A DNA stretch of 64,000 bases from a virus. Under the pieces are notes generated by a model. It had not been told where the DNA came from. It did no database searches and saw only the letters and a program-made list of their open reading frames with translations. The stretch's first letter is position 1. Every line of letters starts with the position of its first letter. Of the stretch, positions 1 to 8,890 are shown piece after piece. The translations under genes and the position numbers were made by a program. The stretch lies in IMG/VR virus record IMGVR_UViG_3300027734_000038; one strand, 5' to 3'.

Positions 1-1
1 T

Positions 2-163
2 TTAGATACAGTAGGCACAGAAGAATTCTTGAAGTTGATTCATGAAATGGGAACAGATACTAATGTGTTTGTTATCTCACACAAAGGCGACCAACTATTT
101 GATAAGTTCCGTTCGGTCATTAAATTTAAGAAAGTAAATAATTTTAGTCAGGTTGAAAAATGA
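2..163 (+). CDS. 46: 3' end of gp46-like recombination endonuclease subunit (SbcC/Rad50-like ABC ATPase), partial
   Basis: Frame 2 reads LDTVGTEEFLKLIHEMGTDTNVFVISHKGDQLFDKF...; VISH is the ABC ATPase H-loop; T4-like gene order upstream of gp45. Confidence 0.8.
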   Translation, partial: LDTVGTEEFLKLIHEMGTDTNVFVISHKGDQLFDKFRSVIKFKKVNNFSQVEK

Positions 164-759
164 GTGATACAATTATATTTGATACAGAAGCAGCGGTACA
201 AAACAAACCTTTAATGCAACAGGTAAAAACATTTACCTTGGTGCCAGAGAATCATCCAGCACTACATGAGGTTTTACCAGAATTTGATTTTAGTAATCCG
301 CCTGTAAATACAAATGAATTTGCTTCCACACTGGTAGAAACTTGTAAATTAAATAAAGGTATTGGTTTATCTGCCAACCAATGTGGATTTAAACATAGAG
401 TATTTGTAATGGGTGCTGGTGATGAGTATGTGGCATTCTTTAATCCGAAAGTTATTTCCTTATCGGATGAAATGGCATTGATGGATGAAGGATGCCTTTC
501 TTATCCTTTACTCTCATTGAAGATTAGTAGACCAAAAGAAATTATGGTTGAATACCAAGACTTCAATGGAGAGATTAGAAATACCAAACTAGTTGGTATA
601 TCTGCTCGTTGTTTTCTCCATGAGCTTGACCATATGAATGGAATAGTGTATACTAGTCGTGTTAAACCTTTGGCATTTCAGGTAGCCATGAAGAAAAGAG
701 ATAAACTCTTTAAAATGGTTAAGAAGATGCAGAAAAATTTGAGTAAGATTAAAAAATAA
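160..759 (+). CDS. def: Peptide deformylase
   Basis: Three PDF motifs: GIGLSANQ, EGCLS, HELDH. Confidence 0.95.
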   Translation: MSDTIIFDTEAAVQNKPLMQQVKTFTLVPENHPALHEVLPEFDFSNPPVNTNEFASTLVETCKLNKGIGLSANQCGFKHRVFVMGAGDEYVAFFNPKVISLSDEMALMDEGCLSYPLLSLKISRPKEIMVEYQDFNGEIRNTKLVGISARCFLHELDHMNGIVYTSRVKPLAFQVAMKKRDKLFKMVKKMQKNLSKIKK

Positions 760-2024
760 TGGCAACACCTATAGAATTCGTTGAGAAACAATGGCAAGCT
801 TGGCAAGAAAAAAATTCTGCCGATAAGTTTGAACATATTGATGAAGATAATATGAAAGAAGTCCTGATTAAGGATTTAACATATGCTTCTCAAATGGATG
901 TTCGTGAATATACTTTATATCAAAAATGGTGCGAAGTAAAAGAAAGATATCCCGTTCATGAAGTATCCACATTGTTTGGTACTGAAGTTCAAATGGTGGA
1001 TCCTGAGCAAAAGAAACTAGTTGATAAAGTCAAAGCAAACTTTTGGGTACCACAATCACCTGATGATTATGAAAATTTAAAACCTAAAATGGTTCTCTCA
1101 AATGGTCCTGATGCCGAAACTTGGAATGCCGTTAGGACATTTTCTTCAACAATGAAGAACAATAGTAACATTGGTCGCAATCTATTTTACATTCTTACCG
1201 ATGAAGTTACCAAAAAATATCTTGGTGTTATCTGTATCTCCTCAGACTTTCTGGACTTGACTCCGAGAGATAATGCAATCGGATGGTCAAGAGATGTTAA
1301 GACACAGCAACACATGATTAATCACACCGCAATTGGATCCACCATCGTTCCGTTGCAACCATTAGGTTTTAATTACATGGGAGGCAAACTGCTTGCCTTA
1401 ATGTGTTTATCTGATACAGTTCAAAAAGATTGGAAGCGTCAATATGGAGACACTCTTGTTGGCGTTACTACAACGTCACTCTATGGAAAAACAAAAGCCG
1501 GAGGCCTCTCGCAGTATGATGGCCTTGAACATTGGAATCCTATGGGTTTTTCTTCTGGTTCTGTGGCTTTCGAACCATCTAGGTCAACCAAGAAATTAGT
1601 CTTTGATTGGATTAAAGAAAATCATACTCGTAAATATTTTGAATGGTGGGAAGCCAAGAATACACAAGGACTTCCACTTAAGCGTGACCATAAGAATCGG
1701 TCTTTAAATTTTGCATATTCTAAATTGCAAATACCAAAAGAATTGATTCGTACCGAACATCAGCGTGGTATCTATTTTAGTCCACTCTATAATAATACCT
1801 TTGAATTTCTCCGCAAGGAGATTACCGATTCTGAACTGGTAAAGTCTTTTGATACCAGTGAAGAAACCCTTGCTAATATTTGGAAACAAAAATATGCTAA
1901 GGGTCGTATTAGGCAATTACAGAAAAAGAATACCGTTTCATACGATTCTTTATTCTATGATGACCTAATATACTTGTCTTGGGAAGATACCAAGGCAAAA
2001 TATTTGCCACAAGTTGGCAGATAA
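759..2024 (+). CDS. DUF4338 / Druantia DruA-like protein (paralog 1)
   Basis: GRNL..., RD..IGW, GFNYMGGKLLA, TTSLYG and SQYDG motifs; shares motifs with 18334..19440. Confidence 0.65.
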   Translation: MATPIEFVEKQWQAWQEKNSADKFEHIDEDNMKEVLIKDLTYASQMDVREYTLYQKWCEVKERYPVHEVSTLFGTEVQMVDPEQKKLVDKVKANFWVPQSPDDYENLKPKMVLSNGPDAETWNAVRTFSSTMKNNSNIGRNLFYILTDEVTKKYLGVICISSDFLDLTPRDNAIGWSRDVKTQQHMINHTAIGSTIVPLQPLGFNYMGGKLLALMCLSDTVQKDWKRQYGDTLVGVTTTSLYGKTKAGGLSQYDGLEHWNPMGFSSGSVAFEPSRSTKKLVFDWIKENHTRKYFEWWEAKNTQGLPLKRDHKNRSLNFAYSKLQIPKELIRTEHQRGIYFSPLYNNTFEFLRKEITDSELVKSFDTSEETLANIWKQKYAKGRIRQLQKKNTVSYDSLFYDDLIYLSWEDTKAKYLPQVGR

Positions 2025-2097
2025 AGTATCATATATGTTACATAAACCGCTTTAATGGCACATATATGATACATTAACAAGTATACCGCAAATATGC

Positions 2098-2127
2098 TTG
2101 ACTTACACACATACATAATGATATACT
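2098..2127 (+). promoter_or_regulatory. sigma70-type promoter
   Basis: TTGACT-N18-TATACT upstream of the ORF at 2190. Confidence 0.6.
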
Positions 2128-2189
2128 ATGTGGACTCGTTGAAGATGTTGACGAGATTTTATTATTAACTTTACTATGGAGTATTAAAA

Positions 2190-2459
2190 ATGGCTAAATT
2201 ATCAGCTAAACAAAAAATGTTGAACGCCTTGACACAAACAGAAGGCTACAACACATTCACAACCAAACAAGCTCAACGCCGTTTTGGTATCACCAATGTT
2301 TCTGCTCGCATCTCTGAGTTGCGCCAAGAAGGTTATGCTGTTTATGGTAACAAGAAAAACATCGGTGGCGAAGTGCAGACTGTGTATCGTTTAGGTACAC
2401 CAAGCAAGTCTTTCAAGGCACAATGCCGTGCTAACGGTGTTCGTGTTCAATCAGTTTAA
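2190..2459 (+). CDS. Small basic winged-HTH DNA-binding protein
   Basis: HTH pattern FTTKQAQRRFGITNVSARISELRQEGY followed by a wing; GGAG RBS; own promoter and terminator. Confidence 0.7.
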   Translation: MAKLSAKQKMLNALTQTEGYNTFTTKQAQRRFGITNVSARISELRQEGYAVYGNKKNIGGEVQTVYRLGTPSKSFKAQCRANGVRVQSV

Positions 2460-2473
2460 TCTGATTTGATGTG

Positions 2474-2508
2474 AGGGGTTTCCACGAAAGTGGTTACCCC
2501 TTTTTTTT
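2474..2508 (+). terminator. Rho-independent terminator
   Basis: GGGGTTTCCAC-GAAA-GTGGTTACCCC followed by T8. Confidence 0.85.
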
Positions 2509-2524
2509 ATTTCTCGGAGAACAA

Positions 2525-3343
2525 ATGGAAATTTCAATTAAGAAAGAAGAACTACAAACAAAAAGCCTATTTGTCGCCACACCAATGTATGGCGGTATGA
2601 ATCATGGCCTATACATGAAAGCCTGTTTAGATTTACAAGGACTGTGTATACAATATGGCATTCAGATTAAATTTTCATTTCTTTTCAATGAATCATTAAT
2701 TACTCGTGCAAGAAACTATTTGGTCGATGAATTCATTCACCGTTCAGAATGTTCACATATGCTATTTTTAGATTCGGATATTTCATTTAATCCACAAGAT
2801 GTGATTGCTTTATTGGCACTAGACAAAGAAGTTTCAGGTGGTCCTTATCCAAAGAAAGCAATTAAGTGGAAATCAGTCAAGAAAGCACTAGAAAGAAAAC
2901 CTGATATTGAAGCACAAACACTAGAAAAAGTTACTGGTGATTATGTGTTTAATCCTGTCAAAGGCACGGCACAATTCTCAGTTACAACTCCGTTAGAGGT
3001 TCTGGAGATTGGTACTGGATTCATGATGATTAAGCGTGAAGTGTTTGCTAAGATGGAACAAGCATACCCGATGATTCGTTATAAGCCAGACCATGTTGGC
3101 CAAGCCAATTTTGATGGCACAAGATATATTCATGCTTTCTTTGATACAGTCATTGATACAAAAGATAGTATTGTTGGTGGCGGCTCGGATCGTTACCTAT
3201 CAGAAGATTATATGTTCTGTCAGATGTGGCGTAAAATGGGTGGTTCAATTTGGTTATGTCCGTGGATGAGAACAGCACACATTGGTACCTATCATTTCCA
3301 AGGAGATATGCCAGCTGTTGCCAATTATGTTGGAGAAATGTAA
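2525..3343 (+). CDS. GT-A-fold glycosyltransferase-like protein
   Basis: ATPMYGG, NESLITRARN, FLDSD (DxD), GTGFM, YLSEDYMFC; ATG at 2525 follows GGAG. Confidence 0.65.
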   Translation: MEISIKKEELQTKSLFVATPMYGGMNHGLYMKACLDLQGLCIQYGIQIKFSFLFNESLITRARNYLVDEFIHRSECSHMLFLDSDISFNPQDVIALLALDKEVSGGPYPKKAIKWKSVKKALERKPDIEAQTLEKVTGDYVFNPVKGTAQFSVTTPLEVLEIGTGFMMIKREVFAKMEQAYPMIRYKPDHVGQANFDGTRYIHAFFDTVIDTKDSIVGGGSDRYLSEDYMFCQMWRKMGGSIWLCPWMRTAHIGTYHFQGDMPAVANYVGEM

Positions 3344-3693
3344 TGAACAAGCTTGTTGATGAAGCACCTTATCATCCAGGTTATGAAGATGCTTCCTTTG
3401 AAACCAAGGGTCGTAAGTTTGATGGTGGTAAACTAGAATATGGTCTGGTTCCACCACTTGCATTAAAATCTCTTGCGGAAGTTTTAACTTTTGGTGCTCA
3501 AAAGTATGAAAGAGATAATTGGCAAAAAGTACCAGATTCAAAGCGTAGATATTTTGATGCCTTACAACGCCATGTATGGGCTTGGAAAGAAGGCGAGAAG
3601 TTTGATACCGAATCTGGATTACATCACTTGGCACACGCCATGTGTTGTTTGATGTTTTTATATGAACACGATGTTAAGTATTCCAAAGAATAA
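3343..3693 (+). CDS. dATP/dGTP diphosphohydrolase-domain protein (DUF5664-like)
   Basis: GRKFDGGK...VLTFGAQKY..DNW...D.ESGLHHLAHA. Confidence 0.8.
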   Translation: MNKLVDEAPYHPGYEDASFETKGRKFDGGKLEYGLVPPLALKSLAEVLTFGAQKYERDNWQKVPDSKRRYFDALQRHVWAWKEGEKFDTESGLHHLAHAMCCLMFLYEHDVKYSKE

Positions 3694-3694
3694 C

Positions 3695-3723
3695 TTGACA
3701 ATGTATTTTGGATGTAGTATGAT
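3695..3723 (+). promoter_or_regulatory. sigma70-type promoter for the clamp operon
   Basis: TTGACA-N17-TATGAT. Confidence 0.7.
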
Positions 3724-3752
3724 AAAAGGACTTTTACATAATGGAGAATCAA

Positions 3753-4427
3753 ATGAAGTTAACCAGTGAAACACTATCCGTATTAAAAAACTTTGCCAGT
3801 ATCAACCAAGGCATTGAGTTTAAAAAAGGCAATACAATTCGCACCATGTCATCAGGCAAAACTGTTCTTGCCAAAGCCACTCTGAAAGATGAATTTCCAC
3901 AAGACTTTTGTGTATATGATTTGAATCAATTTTTGTCGGTACATTCAATGTTCGATAATACTGAAATTGAATTTGATGATAAGAATGTCATCTTCAAAAG
4001 TGGTACTAAAAAATCCACTAAGTATCGTAAGACAGCAAAAGAAATGATTGTGACCGCACCAGACAAAGAATTATCTTTGCCATCGGTTGATGTTGCTTTC
4101 ACTCTCACCAAAGAAGATTTCTCTGATTTGTTGAAGATTGCCTCTATTCTTCAATCACCTCATATTGCTGTTGAATCACAAGGTGATAAAATTTCTTTGA
4201 CTACTTTCAATGCCAAAGATGATTCATCACATACGAATTCTATTGAAGTTGGCGAAGGCAACGGCAAAAAATTTAAGATGGTGTTTTTGACAGACAACCT
4301 TAAAATGATTCCCGGTGGTTATGATGTTGAAATTTCTGCTAAAGGATTGGCAACATTTAAAAACAAAGCTGTTGATATTCAATATTGGGTTGCAACCGAA
4401 TCTAAAGAATCTAAATTTGAAGGATAA
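3753..4427 (+). CDS. 45: DNA polymerase sliding clamp
   Basis: MKLT.ETL.VLKNFASINQ N-terminus; IYDLNQFL-like motif; synteny with 44/62/regA. Confidence 0.92.
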   Translation: MKLTSETLSVLKNFASINQGIEFKKGNTIRTMSSGKTVLAKATLKDEFPQDFCVYDLNQFLSVHSMFDNTEIEFDDKNVIFKSGTKKSTKYRKTAKEMIVTAPDKELSLPSVDVAFTLTKEDFSDLLKIASILQSPHIAVESQGDKISLTTFNAKDDSSHTNSIEVGEGNGKKFKMVFLTDNLKMIPGGYDVEISAKGLATFKNKAVDIQYWVATESKESKFEG

Positions 4428-4429
4428 TT

Positions 4430-4621
4430 ATGTTAGTATATTTTACTGATGCAACCAATCAACAAAAAGTTGCCATTAATCCAAAATATGTTGTAGTTGT
4501 ATTTGTTTTACCTGACGGTGAAATGAAAGGCAAAACAGTTGTTGGATTAACAAATGGTAACATTGTTGTGGAAGAATCACAAATTGATGTTGTTGGTGTT
4601 CTGCAAGGACAAATTGAGTAG
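4430..4621 (+). CDS. Hypothetical protein
   Basis: 63-aa ORF with RBS between gp45 and gp44. Confidence 0.6.
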   Translation: MLVYFTDATNQQKVAINPKYVVVVFVLPDGEMKGKTVVGLTNGNIVVEESQIDVVGVLQGQIE

Positions 4622-4657
4622 TATTTTTGTTATATATTATATTATGGAGTATGTGAA

Positions 4658-5590
4658 ATGGAACATTTATTATGGGTCGAAAAGTATCGACCAGCTAGAA
4701 TAGAAGATTGTATTCTTCCAGATGCGCTCAAAGAAACTTTTCAGGAGTTCGTTAAGAGAAAAGAAATACCAAATCTTCTTTTATCTGGTACGGCTGGTGT
4801 TGGAAAAACAACAGTTGCTAAAGCATTGTGTAATGAGGTTGGTTGCGATTACATTATCATCAATGGCTCTGATGAGTCTGGCATTGATGTCCTTCGCAAT
4901 AAAATTAAAAACTATGCTTCATCAGTTTCTCTTATGGGTGGCAGAAAGGTTGTCATCATTGATGAGGCCGATTATCTTAATCCTAATTCAACTCAGCCTG
5001 CATTACGGGGAGCAATTGAAGAATTTGCATCAAATTGCTCATTCATCTTCACTTGCAATTTCAAAAATAGGATCATCGATCCAATCCATTCTCGTTGTTC
5101 TGTTATCGATTTTAAAATCAATGGTTCTAAACCAAAACTGGCAGCACAACTTTTCAAAAGAGTGGAAAACATCCTTTCGCAAGAAGGCATTACATACGAT
5201 AAAGAAGTTGTCGCAGCCGTCATCACAAAACACTTTCCAGATAATCGTAGGATTCTTAATGAACTTCAGAGATACTCAATTTCTGGTACAATTGATAAAG
5301 GCATTCTTGCTAGTGTTAGTGATATACAACTTGCTGATTTACTTCGAGCCCTCGCAGAAAAAGACTTTGCCTCTGCCAGAAAATGGGTCACAAACAATCT
5401 CGATAACGACCCAGCCAGAATCTTTCGGAAACTATACGACAACTTATATGAATCGTTGAAATCACAATCTGTTCCACAATTGGTTTTGATTCTTGCTAAG
5501 TATCAATATCAGGCAGCTTTTGTTGCCGATGCGGAGATTAATCTTATTGCTTGTTTGACAGAGATTATGGTGGATTGTGAGTTTAAATAA
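4658..5590 (+). CDS. 44: Clamp loader large subunit
   Basis: LWVEKYRP, Walker A GTAGVGKTT, IIDEAD, SRC. Confidence 0.95.
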   Translation: MEHLLWVEKYRPARIEDCILPDALKETFQEFVKRKEIPNLLLSGTAGVGKTTVAKALCNEVGCDYIIINGSDESGIDVLRNKIKNYASSVSLMGGRKVVIIDEADYLNPNSTQPALRGAIEEFASNCSFIFTCNFKNRIIDPIHSRCSVIDFKINGSKPKLAAQLFKRVENILSQEGITYDKEVVAAVITKHFPDNRRILNELQRYSISGTIDKGILASVSDIQLADLLRALAEKDFASARKWVTNNLDNDPARIFRKLYDNLYESLKSQSVPQLVLILAKYQYQAAFVADAEINLIACLTEIMVDCEFK

Positions 5591-5973
5591 TGCCGGATCT
5601 ATTCAAGGAGATTATACCCTCAATACTTCAAACTAAAAAATCTGTAATACATGACGATATCGACCTAAAAGACTATACTCCCTTTGTGGTCAATCGTGCT
5701 TTGTCATATCATATGGATTGTGTCCTATATGCCAACGAGATGAACCTTCATCCAGAGTTGGAAAAAGACCTTCAATATCAATATCTTCTAAATACCATCA
5801 GGTCAATGAAACGGAAATTTCAACCGTGGCAGAAATCAGAGACCGATAAGAACATAGATTGCGTAAAGACCTACTTCGGTTACTCTAACCAGAAGGCTAA
5901 AGAAGCTTTACGAATTCTTAATGATGACCAAATCGCTGAAATAAAAAGAAGAACAGATAAAGGCGGAGTATGA
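5590..5973 (+). CDS. 62: Clamp loader small subunit
   Basis: Y.PFVVNRALS, YFGYS..KAKEAL; lies between 44 and regA. Confidence 0.9.
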   Translation: MPDLFKEIIPSILQTKKSVIHDDIDLKDYTPFVVNRALSYHMDCVLYANEMNLHPELEKDLQYQYLLNTIRSMKRKFQPWQKSETDKNIDCVKTYFGYSNQKAKEALRILNDDQIAEIKRRTDKGGV

Positions 5974-6377
5974 TTAACATTACTGATTTAGTTGAAGTGA
6001 CTTTGAATGAGAATGATGATTTCCTCAAAGTCCGTGAAACCCTTACACGCATTGGAGTGGCTTCAAAGAAAGACCAAACCTTATTCCAATCGTGTCATAT
6101 ACTACATAAAAGAGGTCAATACTACATTGTCCACTTTAAAGAGTTGTTTGCCTTAGATGGTAAACCAACCGACATTACCGAAAACGACTTATCTCGTAGG
6201 AATGCCATAGTAAAGTTGTTAGAGGATTGGGGTCTGGTAACTGTTGTCCGAAAACAACAGATTGAAAACCCACCACCTATATTCCTCAGTCAGATTAAGA
6301 TTCTTTCCCATAAAGAAAAGGATGACTGGCAATTAGTACCAAAATATAATATTGGTAAAAAAACACAGGACTATTGA
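5970..6377 (+). CDS. regA: Translational repressor RegA
   Basis: DDFLKVRETLTRIGVAS, QSCHILHK.G.YYIVHFKELF. Confidence 0.95.
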   Translation: MINITDLVEVTLNENDDFLKVRETLTRIGVASKKDQTLFQSCHILHKRGQYYIVHFKELFALDGKPTDITENDLSRRNAIVKLLEDWGLVTVVRKQQIENPPPIFLSQIKILSHKEKDDWQLVPKYNIGKKTQDY

Positions 6378-6402
6378 CAAGTCGTATAAATAATAGTATA
6401 CT
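6374..6402 (+). promoter_or_regulatory. Overlapping sigma70 promoter and T4-type late promoter for hsp20
   Basis: TTGACA-N17-TATACT with TATAAATA (6385-6392) inside the spacer. Confidence 0.7.
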
Positions 6403-6407
6403 TATGG

Positions 6408-6470
6408 TGTGGTGCTCATTTGAGGCCACAGTTTTATTGACTAACTCGCTTAATTAAGGAGAAATCTATG
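6408..6470 (+). promoter_or_regulatory. ROSE-like RNA thermometer in the hsp20 5' UTR
   Basis: Hairpin TGTGGT..GCCACA, then CTCGCTT-aatt-AAGGAG; UCGCU pairs with the SD leaving a bulged G. Confidence 0.6.
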
Positions 6471-6929
6471 ACAAGCACAAATCTATTATTCCCACAATGG
6501 GCTTCACTATCCAAATCTTTGGATCCTTTCTCGGTTGGTTTCGAGGATGTATTGGACCAAATCCGTGATATCTCAGAAACAGTAGCCAAAGCATCACCCG
6601 GTTATCCTCCATACAATATCAAACAAGTAAAAGAAAACAAGTATGTCATTGAAATGGCAGTTGCTGGCTTTGCTAAGACCGACATTGAAGTTACTTTAGA
6701 AGGTAACAAACTGGTAATCAAAGGTGCTGTAGTTGATAGTTCTGATGATGATAACTATCTCTACAAAGGTATTGCTAACCGTAATTTCAATCGTGCTTTT
6801 ACTCTTGCCGACAAGGTAGAAATTAAAGATGCCGAAATTACAAATGGTATGCTTAAAGTTTGGTTGGAGAACATGGTAAAGGTTCAAGATGCGGTAAAGA
6901 AAATTACTGTAAAATCAAAAGATGAGTAA
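6468..6929 (+). CDS. Small heat shock protein (Hsp20, IbpA-like)
   Basis: YPPYNI, IEMAVAGF, YLYKGIA.R.F.R.FTL, NGML. Confidence 0.95.
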   Translation: MTSTNLLFPQWASLSKSLDPFSVGFEDVLDQIRDISETVAKASPGYPPYNIKQVKENKYVIEMAVAGFAKTDIEVTLEGNKLVIKGAVVDSSDDDNYLYKGIANRNFNRAFTLADKVEIKDAEITNGMLKVWLENMVKVQDAVKKITVKSKDE

Positions 6930-6989
6930 TTGGTGGCCTGTATCCGATGAGGAATGGGAACAATTGAACTACCCAAACGGTAGGTAATA

Positions 6990-7028
6990 TAGGGGGCTCT
7001 TGACAGCCCCCTTCTTTTGTGTTACAAT
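6990..7028 (+). terminator. Terminator hairpin overlapping a sigma70 promoter
   Basis: AGGGGGCT-cttgac-AGCCCCCT followed by TCTTTT; also TTGACA-N17-TACAAT. Confidence 0.7.
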
Positions 7029-7034
7029 TATATT

Positions 7035-7277
7035 ATGAAAAACTGGAACAAAACTAAACCTTCTCGACCTGGTTATATTGCCACCACAACTGGTGGTAAA
7101 GCCATTCTCAAAAAAGTTCGTTCAAAAACAAACCAAGACATTTATTACACATATTCAAATTGGGCAACCAATGAAATTGATGGCATAACTTTCATTCCTG
7201 TTGTTAAGAGTTCAAGTCAAACTGAAAATCAAGTAATTCATTATATGCGTAAAGATAATTTGGAGTATGTGAAATGA
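7035..7277 (+). CDS. Hypothetical protein
   Basis: ORF directly after the promoter; likely start ATG 7035. Confidence 0.55.
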   Translation: MKNWNKTKPSRPGYIATTTGGKAILKKVRSKTNQDIYYTYSNWATNEIDGITFIPVVKSSSQTENQVIHYMRKDNLEYVK

Positions 7278-7477
7278 GTAAATTACTTCAATTACAAATA
7301 TTGGGTAATCCAAAATATTTGTTTGATCCAAAAAATAAGTACCACATAAACTTATTAAGATGTTTTTTAAATGAAAACAAGTGGGGAGCTCCTTGTCCAT
7401 TTATATTAGAAGAACCATATCTAACAATACCAGATATGTTGAAAGACAAATATATTAAATCACAATTGGGTATATAA
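7274..7477 (+). CDS. Hypothetical protein
   Basis: ATGA overlap and GGAG RBS. Confidence 0.55.
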   Translation: MSKLLQLQILGNPKYLFDPKNKYHINLLRCFLNENKWGAPCPFILEEPYLTIPDMLKDKYIKSQLGI

Positions 7478-7650
7478 TGATTAATTGGATAATGTATTCC
7501 GGATGTAACATTACTTTGAAATTAAATCCATTTCATTGGAGAATTTCTTGTGCATATAATAAAACCAATGAAGCATGGGAACAAGATGCCTTGGTCATTG
7601 AGTTATTGCCTATCACTATTCGTGTATGGTTTGATAATGGTGAGTGGTAA
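7477..7650 (+). CDS. Hypothetical 57-aa protein (absent from ORF track)
   Basis: MINWIMYSGCNITLKLNPFHW...DNGEW*; TAATG-coupled to the upstream ORF. Confidence 0.5.
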   Translation: MINWIMYSGCNITLKLNPFHWRISCAYNKTNEAWEQDALVIELLPITIRVWFDNGEW

Positions 7651-7749
7651 TAAATTTTTTTGATAACGCTCATTAAAATATATCATATATCAGATAACGC
7701 TTAATTTATTGATTTGAGAGATACATAATATTTTAACTATGGAGTAAAT

Positions 7750-8199
7750 ATGTCTATTACAATTAAAAACCTTGAAAGTGCATTGGCTGGCGAATCAATG
7801 GCTCATATCAAGTATCGTTATTTTGCTAAGATTGCTCGTGAAGAAGGATTTGAAGATGTTGCAAAACACTTTGAACACACGGCAGACCAAGAGATTCTAC
7901 ACGCTTGGGGTCATCTTGAATTATTGGTTGGTAAACCATCTACAAAAGAATGTTTAGAAAAAGCAATTGAAGGTGAAACATATGAGTTTACTACAATGTA
8001 TCCGTCATTCTTAAAAGAAGCTCATTTAGAAGGCGTTGATAATTTTGTAAAAGAAATTAATGAACAAATTGCTGAATCTAAAGAGCACGCAGAACAATTT
8101 CAGTCAATTCTTGAAAAAGCAGAAAAACGATTTGCTGCTCTTGCAAAAGTAGAAAAGCGTCATGCCGAATCATATCAACAAGTATTGGAGAAACTATAA
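7750..8199 (+). CDS. Rubrerythrin (ferritin-like di-iron protein)
   Basis: NL..ALAGES.A..KY..FA..A.EEG; E..HA; EGETYE...MYP; E..H. Confidence 0.92.
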   Translation: MSITIKNLESALAGESMAHIKYRYFAKIAREEGFEDVAKHFEHTADQEILHAWGHLELLVGKPSTKECLEKAIEGETYEFTTMYPSFLKEAHLEGVDNFVKEINEQIAESKEHAEQFQSILEKAEKRFAALAKVEKRHAESYQQVLEKL

Positions 8200-8330
8200 T
8201 GGAACAACATATTTGTGTAGTTTGTGGCCATGTCCACGATGAACAGACAGAAGGTAAATGGAAAGATTTACCTGAAACTTTTGAATGTCCTGAATGTGGT
8301 GTAGGTAAAGAAGATTATTACATTTTATAA
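8199..8330 (+). CDS. Rubredoxin (43 aa, absent from ORF track)
   Basis: MEQHICVVCGHVHDEQTEGKWKDLPETFECPECGVGKEDYYIL; two CxxCG motifs and W..LP..F.CP.C. Confidence 0.9.
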   Translation: MEQHICVVCGHVHDEQTEGKWKDLPETFECPECGVGKEDYYIL

Positions 8331-8818
8331 TGAAACAAAAATTTATTGATGCTTATATGGATGTGGCAGAAAGATTTGCTAAGTTATCTTCTGCCAAACG
8401 ATTGCAGGTGGGCGCCATTGTGGTAAAAGAAGATAGAATCATATCTATTGGATACAATGGTATGCCTGCAGGCTGGACAAATGAATGTGAAGAAAAAGAG
8501 TATTTTATTGGTAATATACCAGAAAAATATAGTACCGACCCATGGATATTCAAAGACGAAGATGGTGGTGTTGGACGCATTAAAACCAAAACGGAAGTGA
8601 TTCATGCAGAAGCCAATGCAATCGTTAAGTTGGCCAAAAGTAATGATTCTGGAGATGGTTCTACCATGTTCCTAACCCATGCACCTTGTGTAGACTGTGC
8701 CAAACAGATGTATGCCATGGGTGTCAAATCGGTATATTACCGCCATTCCTATCGAGATAATGACGGCTTGACATTCTTGGAGAAGTGTGATATAATGGTA
8801 TCTAAGGTGGAGAAGTAA
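8330..8818 (+). CDS. cd: dCMP deaminase
   Basis: VGA.IV, GYNG, HAEANA, PCVDC. Confidence 0.93.
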   Translation: MKQKFIDAYMDVAERFAKLSSAKRLQVGAIVVKEDRIISIGYNGMPAGWTNECEEKEYFIGNIPEKYSTDPWIFKDEDGGVGRIKTKTEVIHAEANAIVKLAKSNDSGDGSTMFLTHAPCVDCAKQMYAMGVKSVYYRHSYRDNDGLTFLEKCDIMVSKVEK

Positions 8819-8890
8819 TTTCACCAGGTGAAATTGATGCAGGTCATAAATATGCTTTGTATTGGGTCAATTTACTAAGGAGAAACCCAA

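Noticed and set aside
759-2024. Complete Druantia defence system
   Set aside because: Only DruA-like genes are present; no DruE helicase or other partners in the window
4722-5459. 245-aa alternative-frame ORF inside gp44
   Set aside because: Fully nested in a conserved gene, no RBS, composition typical of an off-frame read
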